A stretch of 43,142 nucleotides of DNA. It comes from Candidatus Thorarchaeota archaeon. GTDB lineage: Archaea > Asgardarchaeota > Thorarchaeia > Thorarchaeales > Thorarchaeaceae. Position numbers and translations under genes: made by a program. The stretch lies in contig JAWOEX010000011.1 in the NCBI GenBank assembly GCA_046482545.1, forward strand, positions 1 through 43,142, read 5' to 3'. A model generated the notes under the pieces. That model worked only from the letters and a program-made list of their open reading frames with translations. It did not search any database and was not told where the DNA came from. Shown here piece after piece: positions 1 through 8,809 of this stretch. The first letter of the stretch is position 1. Each line of letters opens with the position of its first letter.

Positions 1-1305
1 CGCACTATTCGAATCGACCCTGTAACAAGGCTTGAAGGCCACGGGTCACTGACAATTAAACTTGGCCCGAACAATGAAGTCAAGGATGTTCAGTTCAACG
101 TAAGTAGCACCCGTTTCTTTGAGAAGTTCCTTGAAGGACGTCCCATGGAAGAGGCTGTTCGGATTGCACCTCGCATATGCGGCATTTGTCCGATTCCACA
201 CCATCTTGCGTCTGTGAAGGCTGTAGAGGCAGCCTGGGATGTCGATCCCCCATCCGCTGCAATCAAGCTTAGAAGACTTCTCATCGAAGCCAAGCAATTG
301 TCGTCACATGCCATCCACTTCTATGCGCTTGCCGCACCTGACTTTGTCTTCGGACCTTTTGCGGATCCATCTGTTCGAAATGTTGCAGCGGTACTGAAGC
401 ACTTGCCCGGTGTCGCAACACAGGCTATCAAGTTGATGGAATTCGGTCAAGAACTGTGTAAGACCGTAGGCGCCAAGGCGATTCATCCGACAACTGCAAT
501 TCCTGGTGGCATGATGAGTCCCATTACGGAGGAGCAGAGGGATGAATGGCTTTCAAAAACTGATGAAATGTTTGAGAACATCCAGAAGACTGTTGATCTT
601 GCTAAGACGGTTGTGGACGACTACCTAGATGTGATAACGAAGGTAGCTGTTACTCCAACCTATTACTTGGGTCTGACCAACAATGGCGAACTCGATATCT
701 ACGATGGCTTAATTCGAGTCATGAGTCCTGAAGGAGAAATCGTAGAGGACTTCGAGCCAAGAAACTATGCCGATTATTATGGAGAACATGTGCCTGAACA
801 TTCCTATGCTACCCATATTTACTACAAGCCTGTGGGCTATCCTGAGGGCATATGGCGAGCGAACTCTCTTGCCCGATGCAACGTTGCTGACAAAATGGCG
901 ACACCTATGGCTCAGGAAGCATTGGAGGAAATGCGAGAGCTTGTTGGTCGACCATCGCATCATACCTTTGCTTATCACTATGCACGTGTAGTAGAAATGG
1001 TGCAAGCTGCTGAGTGGATAAAGAAGCTTCTTGAAGACCCTGAAATTGTGAGTGAGGACGTCAAGCTGGCGGATGTTGAAGCAAAAGCTGGAGAGGGCGT
1101 TGGGGTTGTTGAGGCTCCACGAGGAACGCTTCTCCACAACTACGTCTGCGACGAAGAAGGAATTATTGAGAAGGCCAACCTGATAGTTGCTACGAACAAC
1201 AACATTGCGGGTATAGAGAAATCGCTGATGGACGCAGCGAAACTCATCTTTGAGGAAGAAGGTCATAAGGATCTCAAATTGCCTGACCCAATGGTTGAGA
1301 CATAA
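1..1305 (+). CDS. [NiFe]-hydrogenase large subunit, group 3 (MvhA/VhuA-like); 5'-partial; lacks the C-terminal DPCxxCxxH motif
   Basis: Frame is open from base 1 (RTIRIDPVTRLEGHG...). Contains L1 motif RICGICP, EAPRGTLLHNY and ANLIVATNNN, then ends ...PDPMVET* with no second CxxC. Confidence 0.92.
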   Translation, partial: RTIRIDPVTRLEGHGSLTIKLGPNNEVKDVQFNVSSTRFFEKFLEGRPMEEAVRIAPRICGICPIPHHLASVKAVEAAWDVDPPSAAIKLRRLLIEAKQLSSHAIHFYALAAPDFVFGPFADPSVRNVAAVLKHLPGVATQAIKLMEFGQELCKTVGAKAIHPTTAIPGGMMSPITEEQRDEWLSKTDEMFENIQKTVDLAKTVVDDYLDVITKVAVTPTYYLGLTNNGELDIYDGLIRVMSPEGEIVEDFEPRNYADYYGEHVPEHSYATHIYYKPVGYPEGIWRANSLARCNVADKMATPMAQEALEEMRELVGRPSHHTFAYHYARVVEMVQAAEWIKKLLEDPEIVSEDVKLADVEAKAGEGVGVVEAPRGTLLHNYVCDEEGIIEKANLIVATNNNIAGIEKSLMDAAKLIFEEEGHKDLKLPDPMVET

Positions 1306-1307
1306 GA

Positions 1308-1340
1308 GATGATTGAAGAAGCGTGTTCTTCTTCTTCATC
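1308..1340. terminator. Hairpin between convergent genes (putative terminator)
   Basis: GAAGAAG-cgtgtt-CTTCTTC stem extended by GATGA/TCATC, between the stop at 1305 and the stop at 1345. Confidence 0.4.
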
Positions 1341-1344
1341 ATTT

Positions 1345-3966
1345 CTAATTCACATATAATCGTGGGATAAGGTTGATTCTTTTCTCAATCAAGTCTTCTT
1401 CGGTATCTGCTGTTCGGAATGCCTGAGAATTCGAATAGAAGTAAATCTCTTGGTAGAGATAATGGTGAGATTCTTCATCGAAAGTGTACCACAGTTGAAA
1501 GAGGTCATCGAAGTGTTCGCTGAATGGGTTCCCACTTTGCCCACCAGGAATAACATTTCGTGAATTTTGAGGATTTTCCAAATCAATGACGTGGCGGAGT
1601 ACGGGTCCTGAACTCATCTCCCAGCCATATGCCGGAAACAGGGTATGCTGCCCGCGTATTGGTCCCCCCTCAATGGTTATCAAACCAGCAAGATGCTCAA
1701 CGTTAACGGTATGATGAATCCCGTAAGTCCAGTTCGAAGTATCCGATCCGTATAGCGAATACATTTCATCCACTGCCAGCCGTAAAGATCTGACGAGTAT
1801 GTGGTTCCGTGTTTCAGTGAGACTTGGTGTTCTGGTATCGTCAAAGTATGCCGAAGCGTTCTCCAAAATCAGCTCCTCGAGAATAGGCGCTCTTGGATAA
1901 ACACTCGATGGAAGTGCAACAGATTTCTTCGTCGAACCGACGAGCTGCTCATTGAGGAAGTGCAGTTCGTCAAAAGTCTCTGTCCTGAGAGCGTCATAGA
2001 GATGCATCCAAATGGTGGGCGCTTCTAGTTCTGTATCCATTTCATAATTCCAATCTTCGAACCAATCTATGACCATCTCGATGGTCGCATTGTCACCCCC
2101 TAGATTCTCCCAGGCGGAGAGGACTTCTGGTACCATGCTACGAGCACGAATCTCAATAGCATCGGCTTGGAATCGCATTAAGTCTTCCATGGTGACTTCA
2201 TCATCATCAGCCAAGAGTTCATTGATTCTTCTACCGCGATAACCGTCGACGTAAGGTCCGATTAGAGTGTAGCCATATTCATTTGGATTGATTGAACGTT
2301 GATTTGCTGATGAAATGTACCCTCTAGAAGGATTAACTTCTCGAGGCAGGAAGGCGTAGGGCACATTGCTTACCATACCAACAGAATCGTTTAGAGCAGT
2401 CACCGGGAACATTCCGCTGTACCCGTTCCGGATTGGTATGCGACCAGCAACCGTCATGGCGATATTTCCGGCAGCGTCTGCATAGGCGAAATTGAAGACA
2501 GGATTGTCCCACCAATAAATGGCATCATAGTAATCCTCTATATTCTGAGCTTTGTTCAGTTTTGTAGCAGCAATGATCAGGTGGCTGATTCCGTTGCCTG
2601 TCCAGTTCATTGCCAGACATGCCGGACTATCACCATCTTCGCTAACCACACTATCAATGAGCGGACCGTGAACAGACGCTTTCACCTCGAAGGGGATGTC
2701 GGCTCCATCACTCCTATGGATGGTTTCTTCGATTATCTCAAACGGTCGATACTCGCCATCGTAATAGTACTCGCTGGAGTTCTCAGGGTTCACCTGCTCC
2801 ACAAAGATATCTAGCACATCCATGCCACCGTTTGTGAAACCCCAAGCGATATGGTCATTGAAGCCAGCCTCTACTGAAGGCATGCCCGGGAGCGTAACTC
2901 CCATTACATTCATGACACCCGGGACAGACAGATGCGTTTCGTAGACGAGGTTCGGCGCAACAATCGGCATGTGGGCATCATTGCACAGCATCGGACTAGC
3001 ACTTGCTGTTCTATTGCCGGAAACGGCCCAATTGTTACTGCCGAAACTGTCTTTCATTCCTAATGGATCCACAACAGGAAGAAGCTGTCCCAGCAAGTTC
3101 TCAAGCTTATTCATCTCGATTTCAGGACCATCTTCATTTTCAGCTTGAGACTTGATAGAATGATTCACAGGATACCCTCCCGGAGCATCAGGATAATCTG
3201 AGAGACTCAGATTGGTCTGTTCCTTGACGATGTAGCTTTGATACGGCATGACATCAGGATATAGCTCTTCGTACATTGTATTGTTGTTGATATTTTCTTT
3301 AAGCCAGAGTCGTTCCAGGTCATGGAAGTCGCCCGTCAGGCTCCAGGTTATGAACGATGCCCCTAGGAACATGTCGACTTTGCTCCATGGCTCAGGTGTG
3401 ATGCCAAGAAGATGGAATTCCACGGGTTTGGTCGCGCTTGTCATCGATTTCATGAAAGCGTTTATTCCTTTGACCTGAGCATCCATAACCCGCAGTGCAT
3501 AGTCAACATCGGGATTTCTATCAGCATTTTCAAGAAACCAGTTCAACGTTTTCCGAGCTGTACGTTCGAGGCCAATAGTTCGGTAGATTTTGTCGGAGTT
3601 GCTGCCTGCCGCCCCTACTAGCTCACTGAGCCTTCCTGCAGCCAGATACTTTTGCATAACCATTTGGAAGAGCCTGTCTTTTGCGTGCATATAGCCAAGC
3701 GCGAAATATGCGTCCTCACTTGATTGTGCGTAGATGTGTGGGACCCCATATTGATCAATTAGAATCGTCACTTCGTTTCTGATTCCGTCTATTCTGATTG
3801 TCTCTTCCGAGGCTTCGTTTAGACCAAGCCCAACATCGAATATGCCTCCTATTGGCTGCAGGATTCCAAGGCCTCCTGCAAGTGGACCGATTGGCATTGT
3901 CAGTAGAATAATCATCGCGACAGGCCCGATTAGAGAGAGAACTAGATGCATCCCTTTATTCTTCAT
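1345..3966 (-). CDS. Penicillin acylase family Ntn-hydrolase (peptidase S45), membrane-anchored or secreted
   Basis: N-terminal hydrophobic segment, DQYGVPHIYA, GYMHAKDRLFQM, catalytic cleavage site G|SNNW, NDAH, PGGQSGNPFSEHFDD. Confidence 0.93.
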   Translation of the reverse strand: MKNKGMHLVLSLIGPVAMIILLTMPIGPLAGGLGILQPIGGIFDVGLGLNEASEETIRIDGIRNEVTILIDQYGVPHIYAQSSEDAYFALGYMHAKDRLFQMVMQKYLAAGRLSELVGAAGSNSDKIYRTIGLERTARKTLNWFLENADRNPDVDYALRVMDAQVKGINAFMKSMTSATKPVEFHLLGITPEPWSKVDMFLGASFITWSLTGDFHDLERLWLKENINNNTMYEELYPDVMPYQSYIVKEQTNLSLSDYPDAPGGYPVNHSIKSQAENEDGPEIEMNKLENLLGQLLPVVDPLGMKDSFGSNNWAVSGNRTASASPMLCNDAHMPIVAPNLVYETHLSVPGVMNVMGVTLPGMPSVEAGFNDHIAWGFTNGGMDVLDIFVEQVNPENSSEYYYDGEYRPFEIIEETIHRSDGADIPFEVKASVHGPLIDSVVSEDGDSPACLAMNWTGNGISHLIIAATKLNKAQNIEDYYDAIYWWDNPVFNFAYADAAGNIAMTVAGRIPIRNGYSGMFPVTALNDSVGMVSNVPYAFLPREVNPSRGYISSANQRSINPNEYGYTLIGPYVDGYRGRRINELLADDDEVTMEDLMRFQADAIEIRARSMVPEVLSAWENLGGDNATIEMVIDWFEDWNYEMDTELEAPTIWMHLYDALRTETFDELHFLNEQLVGSTKKSVALPSSVYPRAPILEELILENASAYFDDTRTPSLTETRNHILVRSLRLAVDEMYSLYGSDTSNWTYGIHHTVNVEHLAGLITIEGGPIRGQHTLFPAYGWEMSSGPVLRHVIDLENPQNSRNVIPGGQSGNPFSEHFDDLFQLWYTFDEESHHYLYQEIYFYSNSQAFRTADTEEDLIEKRINLIPRLYVN

Positions 3967-4090
3967 GACTGAAACCTTCGTGAACTAACTACATATACAA
4001 TGTAGTATCACACTTAAGCATTAAGAGAACAATTTTCTGTTTATAAGCAACTCTCTCTAGGAAAGTTGTGAGAATTTGGACTAGCATTAT

Positions 4091-4705
4091 CTATTTTTCT
4101 TTCTTCATGCTGCTTCGCAAGTATTCTTCGTACGTGGATTCGAACTCTTTTTCCTCTGCGGGTTTGATGTCTGGTTTTCTGACAGAACCTAAATCAACGG
4201 CATAACCTCCTAGTACATACACGCCTCCCCCAAGAACCACTAAGAAAAGCAGTGTGCTCCAGTTGAAGAGTTCATCCAGGTGATCAGCACTCAGTTGTTG
4301 TGACAGTTCGTACAACAGGGGGTCTTCTCCCGTTGGGCTCCCATCTTGATAGTGCATCGATGTCAAATTGACTTGATACAAGCCACCAGTAACCTGAAAG
4401 ATGCCAATTTCATTCATGCTCCCTGTTTCAACATGCTCCGGCTGGATGACGAATTCTCTGTGTACTACCTGTCCACTTTCATTGAAGAACCTAACATGAA
4501 CTGACACCGATTCGTCGGTGAGGAGCATGCCTCTTGCGAAAAAGATGATGTCATTCGTATAGCCTGCTCCCGAGTATACTGAGAAGTGATATGTTCGATC
4601 CATTCCTGTGTCTACTTGAATCACATTAGGGCCATGATGCTGTGCAAGACGGCCCAAATAGCCAAACAGAATTTGCATCTGTATCGCTTTGTGCTTTTCC
4701 CACAA
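4091..4705 (-). CDS. Hypothetical protein with a C-terminal TM helix (start uncertain, possibly 5'-truncated)
   Basis: 204-aa ORF with a beta-rich central region, TM LLFLVVLGGGVYVLGGY and a charged tail. No clear signal peptide. Confidence 0.5.
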   Translation of the reverse strand: MWEKHKAIQMQILFGYLGRLAQHHGPNVIQVDTGMDRTYHFSVYSGAGYTNDIIFFARGMLLTDESVSVHVRFFNESGQVVHREFVIQPEHVETGSMNEIGIFQVTGGLYQVNLTSMHYQDGSPTGEDPLLYELSQQLSADHLDELFNWSTLLFLVVLGGGVYVLGGYAVDLGSVRKPDIKPAEEKEFESTYEEYLRSSMKKEK

Positions 4706-4760
4706 TAGTGTTCGGCTTATTTCAATAGACTGTTTTCCTTAAGTACAAATTTAACCCCTA

Positions 4761-4802
4761 AAATATATAAGAAGGAAAAACAAAATTTACCCGAGGGAGG
4801 TG
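4761..4802 (+). promoter_or_regulatory. TATA-like box and Shine-Dalgarno upstream of the 4808 gene
   Basis: AAATATATAA at 4761-4770; GGAGGTG at 4796-4802, 5 nt before TTG 4808. Confidence 0.55.
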
Positions 4803-4807
4803 TCCTA

Positions 4808-5749
4808 TTGAGACAACAAATGCTGAAATTGGGAGCTGCATTGCTAACCATAATGATCCTATCAACTACAATGTTTGGGATTCTAATGATAAGCAATAGC
4901 GGCTTAGTGAGGTTGAACAATAGTCATGATGTAGTTTCATCGAGTACCAAACGGACATCTGAATACAAGAAAGAGTCCGGTGTTGTACTTGAAATCGGAG
5001 AAATAACGCTGACTGTATGCGTCGTAGAACTTGGTCGTCATGTGCTTATGATATTTGAAGATGATAAGCAGAAATCAGTCCTTGAGTACATAGTCGCGAA
5101 AGAGGACAAAGGATATGACACCAGCATCTTTCTGAATGGAAGGTTGCTTCATCAACGCACTTTCGATAATAATATACTTGAACCCGTGTCAATTGCTGAT
5201 TCAGATGGGGTAAAACAAACCGCTTCAGAAGAAGGTAGCTCGCGTCTCTCGCCCAAATATACTTACAAGTGGTGGGACGGCGTAAAACAGGTGACCGGTC
5301 CAGATTGGCAAATCAAGTATCACCATCCCGCTCGGGATTACTATCAGATTGCTCCGTGGAATGATTGGTCGAAAGAGGGGTGGAATATAATCCACATCCA
5401 AGTAAATCACGACCAATCTGACTTTCTGGCTACAGCTGGATGGGCTGCAATATTCGCAGCAGCTGCCGCAGCTGTTACTGGTGGATACGGCGCCATTGGC
5501 GCAGCATTTCTTGGGTCTTTACTGTCGGACTATTTCGGAGCACTTACGGGATTATTGCTAAAGGATGAAGAGGGATGTATCTGGTTTTGGTGGAGTATTG
5601 AATTTGTCGAGTGGTTTAATGCAAATGCGTGGTGGTTAGTCACCAATCCCCTTGGATGGGGTGCGACAATAGGAGCTCTCTTTGCAATTGGTTATTTGCG
5701 AATATCAAGTAGAACACTTGTCGATGCATACGGTTTCGGAAGTCCGTGA
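4808..5749 (+). CDS. Secreted pre-pro-protein with a Trp-rich C-terminal domain containing a Gly/Ala hydrophobic hairpin (candidate archaeocin/membrane-active toxin precursor)
   Basis: Signal/anchor (MRQQMLKLGAALLTIMILSTTMFGIL), polar beta-rich pro-region, linker ending SSRLSPK, then about 163 aa with 14 Trp and FLATAGWAAIFAAAAAAVTGGYGAIGAAFLGSLL. The CDS is well supported (SD present); the function is inferred. Confidence 0.6.
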   Translation: MRQQMLKLGAALLTIMILSTTMFGILMISNSGLVRLNNSHDVVSSSTKRTSEYKKESGVVLEIGEITLTVCVVELGRHVLMIFEDDKQKSVLEYIVAKEDKGYDTSIFLNGRLLHQRTFDNNILEPVSIADSDGVKQTASEEGSSRLSPKYTYKWWDGVKQVTGPDWQIKYHHPARDYYQIAPWNDWSKEGWNIIHIQVNHDQSDFLATAGWAAIFAAAAAAVTGGYGAIGAAFLGSLLSDYFGALTGLLLKDEEGCIWFWWSIEFVEWFNANAWWLVTNPLGWGATIGALFAIGYLRISSRTLVDAYGFGSP

Positions 5750-5801
5750 AATATGTGTGATATGCGTCTTTGAGAGAGTGTCAAATGGAGTGTAGATACT
5801 A

Positions 5802-6194
5802 ATGCATGCTTCAAGGAAGACATACAATATTGCTGGCATCATTCTGACATTAATCGGTTTGGCGATTCAGATATGGGCAATCATGCTGAAAACCTACCCT
5901 AGTGTACGTGTTTCGGATTTGGCAGTCATTGGTTTCATCCTCATTACTGGGGGAACAGCTTACCTCATCGACGCGAATGTTGACCAGCTCTTCTCCATTC
6001 ATAGCAGGATTAACTATGTAATCTCACTGATTGGGCTTGCAGGTCTAATCATATCGTGGAGATTCTATGGACCAATTAATGACCTAGTGTACCCACATAC
6101 AATTGCTGTAGCCGTCTTGATGATTAATTGTTTCTGGATTTTCCTGCTTGGACCAGTGGCTGGGGTCCGCCACACGAAATTAGGCAAAGAATGA
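5802..6194 (+). CDS. Small 4-TM membrane protein (candidate immunity protein)
   Basis: 130 aa, four hydrophobic helices, basic termini, 52 bp downstream of and co-oriented with the 4808 gene. Confidence 0.6.
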   Translation: MHASRKTYNIAGIILTLIGLAIQIWAIMLKTYPSVRVSDLAVIGFILITGGTAYLIDANVDQLFSIHSRINYVISLIGLAGLIISWRFYGPINDLVYPHTIAVAVLMINCFWIFLLGPVAGVRHTKLGKE

Positions 6195-6322
6195 TGTGAG
6201 ACTCAGTGTCATATGGTGTGATATGCCGGAATGGTCGCCATAATGGTCATCATAGGCGGCTAATACATCAAGGGTAGCATGTTATAGTACAAAAGTTGGA
6301 AGAACTCTGGGCTTCTTGAAGC

Positions 6323-7495
6323 CTAGAGTTCTGTTTCCAGATATTCTTCTATCTGTCGTCTACTGTGCTCCTCGCTCAGCTCGGTCTCTTTACTTTGAAT
6401 GACTTGCCTTTCAAGTCGGTTGAGGGCTAGGCTGAATGCTTCTTCAGGGCTCCATCCTTCAGCTGTGCCGTAGTATGGTCCGCGTGAAGTTCTGAATTGA
6501 AGCCGGCAGTGGATGAGCTGATCGCCTTTAGATATGGCACCGTATTTTTTCATGTATACAAAGAGATTGCCTAGGCCCAGAGCTTCTTGGTATCTACGTA
6601 CAAATGAATCAAACTGGTTCCTCATTGCCGCTTGTTCCTCCTCAGTCATGCGTATGCCTGGTTTGACTGAGAACTGAATCTGCATTGGGGGTCGTTTCTC
6701 GCCTGCTTGAGAAATTGGTTCAAGGAAGTCTTTCTTTGTCACCATTCCTGTGACTTTTTCATCTTCGATGACGACAAGACTTGAGATATCGTGGTCTCGC
6801 ATCTTCTGAGCCGCTTCCTGAAGCGGCTCATCAGGCCTAGCTGCGTAAACAGGTACTGACATCACGGATCTGATTTCCATATTTCGCAGGGGTTGCTTGT
6901 CACCTGCTCTGTCTCCGCGAGTTGACCGGTCGTCAGCGTGGTAAACAATGTCCATGATATCCTGAATGCTCACGACTCCCTCGAGATTTCCTCTTTCTAC
7001 AACCGGGGCATGAGAAAAGCCCTGCATTCTGAAAAGGCTGAGCACTTGCGATATTGTTTCATCCGGAGAAACGGTGAATGGGTCAGCGGTCATAACCGTC
7101 TGGACTTCTCTTTGTCCCCATTCGCTTCCAGCAGCAGCATCAATCACGTCTTCATAAGAAATCACGCCAACGATTCTCTCGCCAGCATAGACTGGAAGCT
7201 GGAGGACTTGATTCTCAAGCATCAGCCTTGCAGCTTCGCTTACAGAGTCATGAATTCGTAAGTATGGGGCAGGTTGCTTCAGTTTCTTGATTTTGGTCGA
7301 TGTGGGGTCCAGCTTTGATCTTCTGATTCGCCTTCTGGTCAACACACCACTTATTTCGCCATCATCGTTCTCAACAATCACGACAGGCGGTTCACTATTC
7401 TCTAAGATCGGTAATGCTTTGGAAATGGGCTCATTTTCATTCATTGACTCGAATCCTTTCGAGTATACATCCTTAACCTTCGCTTCGACCATCAC
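6323..7495 (-). CDS. 4xCBS-domain protein with a C-terminal HPF/RaiA-like domain (candidate Hib-type ribosome hibernation factor)
   Basis: Four CBS repeats (GEISGVLTRRR, RIVGVISYED, NLEGVVSIQD, KVTGMVTKKD), then a beta-alpha-beta-beta-beta-alpha-like segment ending YYGTAEGWSPEEAFSLALNRLERQV. Confidence 0.8.
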   Translation of the reverse strand: MMVEAKVKDVYSKGFESMNENEPISKALPILENSEPPVVIVENDDGEISGVLTRRRIRRSKLDPTSTKIKKLKQPAPYLRIHDSVSEAARLMLENQVLQLPVYAGERIVGVISYEDVIDAAAGSEWGQREVQTVMTADPFTVSPDETISQVLSLFRMQGFSHAPVVERGNLEGVVSIQDIMDIVYHADDRSTRGDRAGDKQPLRNMEIRSVMSVPVYAARPDEPLQEAAQKMRDHDISSLVVIEDEKVTGMVTKKDFLEPISQAGEKRPPMQIQFSVKPGIRMTEEEQAAMRNQFDSFVRRYQEALGLGNLFVYMKKYGAISKGDQLIHCRLQFRTSRGPYYGTAEGWSPEEAFSLALNRLERQVIQSKETELSEEHSRRQIEEYLETEL

Positions 7496-7581
7496 TCAAT
7501 CTTCCTACGTAACAATAGAAAAGTCGAACTTATGAAATCTGTCCTATGCAACACTCCCACAATCAATCGTCTCATTGATGA

Positions 7582-8064
7582 TTACCAGATTCCGGGTTCC
7601 AAATCCCTTCTCCGCAAACGCTCCTCTCGGCGCTGTTTGGCGGCCTGATATCTGGCTTTCTCTTCCTCGGTTGTCAGCTTAAGGCTGGGTACTTCTTTGG
7701 GTTCACCATCTTTGTCCATGGCAACATACGTGAGAAACGCCCTGCATGTCTTGCTTTTCTTGCCTGAAATTGGATTCTCACTGGTTACACGAACCTCAAT
7801 TTCCATGGAGCTGCGACCCACATAATTGATCCACCCCTCAAGAATCACAATATCCCGTTGCTTTATAGGATTGAGAAAGCTGAGGGAGTCAATAGATGCA
7901 GTCACAACAGCGCTACGACTGTGTCTTTTAGCGACTATTCCCGCAATGCTGTCAATCCAATCAAGTAAGACGCCGCCATAGAGTGTTCCGTTATTGTTGA
8001 CATTGTTTGGAAAAACAGTCTGTGTCATCATAGTGCGTGATTCATCTACAGTTTTCTTACTCAA
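7582..8064 (-). CDS. Acyl-CoA thioesterase (HotDog fold, YciA-like)
   Basis: VFPNNVNNNGTLYGGVLLDWID, VVTASIDSLSF, VGRSSMEIEVRV. Likely TTG start at 8064 (ORF extends to 8118). Confidence 0.9.
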   Translation of the reverse strand: MSKKTVDESRTMMTQTVFPNNVNNNGTLYGGVLLDWIDSIAGIVAKRHSRSAVVTASIDSLSFLNPIKQRDIVILEGWINYVGRSSMEIEVRVTSENPISGKKSKTCRAFLTYVAMDKDGEPKEVPSLKLTTEEEKARYQAAKQRREERLRRRDLEPGIW

Positions 8065-8176
8065 TGCTCGCACCCAGTTTGGTACCCGTTTTCCATTGCT
8101 ATAACGATTTTGCAGCAATTTTTGATTGCCTAACTTCAGTAAGGGCTTATTAAAGGCGAAAAATATCCGGAATGCT

Positions 8177-8782
8177 ATGGATGTCCTAAGTGAAATTCAA
8201 CAACGGTACAGCCCAAACACTATGGCGGAGACAGATGTGGCCGAAGAGGAATTGCTTCCCCTTATCGAGGCTGCAAGGCTAGCTCCCTCATGTTACAACA
8301 ATCAAGGATGGCATTATGTCTTCGTTCATAGAAGCGACAGGAATCGCTCAGAGTTGGAGGAAGCTCTTAGCCTTGGGAATGGCTGGGCTAAGAAGGCGCC
8401 CTATCTGGTGGCTGTAGGAGCAAATCCTGAGAGTGACTGCAAAACAAATGACGTCCCTTACTATGCGTTTGATGCGGGGCTTAGTGTGATGAGCCTAATC
8501 ATTCAGGCCGAACATCAGGGTTTGCGGGTTCACGCGATGGCGGGGTATGATGAGGATAGGGTGAGAAGGAGTCTTGGATTCAAGTCAGATCAGAGAATTG
8601 TTGTGCTACTTGCTCTTGGACATGAGGCAGAAGCTTCTACCATCAAAGAGAAGGTCGTTAGCAAAGGGAAGGATCTTCTAACTAAAAGCAGACAGCGGAA
8701 ACCTATTTCTGAGAACTTCTTCCGGGGGGAATATGGTTCGCCTGTGCGACAGGAGGAACAGCTCCGCCATACTGGAGATTAA
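8177..8782 (+). CDS. Nitroreductase family protein
   Basis: IQQRYS, EAARLAPSCYNNQGWHY, FDAG, HAMAGYD. Likely ATG start at 8177. Confidence 0.9.
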   Translation: MDVLSEIQQRYSPNTMAETDVAEEELLPLIEAARLAPSCYNNQGWHYVFVHRSDRNRSELEEALSLGNGWAKKAPYLVAVGANPESDCKTNDVPYYAFDAGLSVMSLIIQAEHQGLRVHAMAGYDEDRVRRSLGFKSDQRIVVLLALGHEAEASTIKEKVVSKGKDLLTKSRQRKPISENFFRGEYGSPVRQEEQLRHTGD

Positions 8783-8809
8783 TCTGCTAGTTCTTGAATC
8801 TGTTTCCTC

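Noticed and set aside
1306-1359. Possible VhuU or stop read-through peptide after the hydrogenase
   Set aside because: It translates to EMIEEACSSSSSFLIHI*, with no DP[C/U]xxCxxH, and overlaps a hairpin and the end of the convergent gene.
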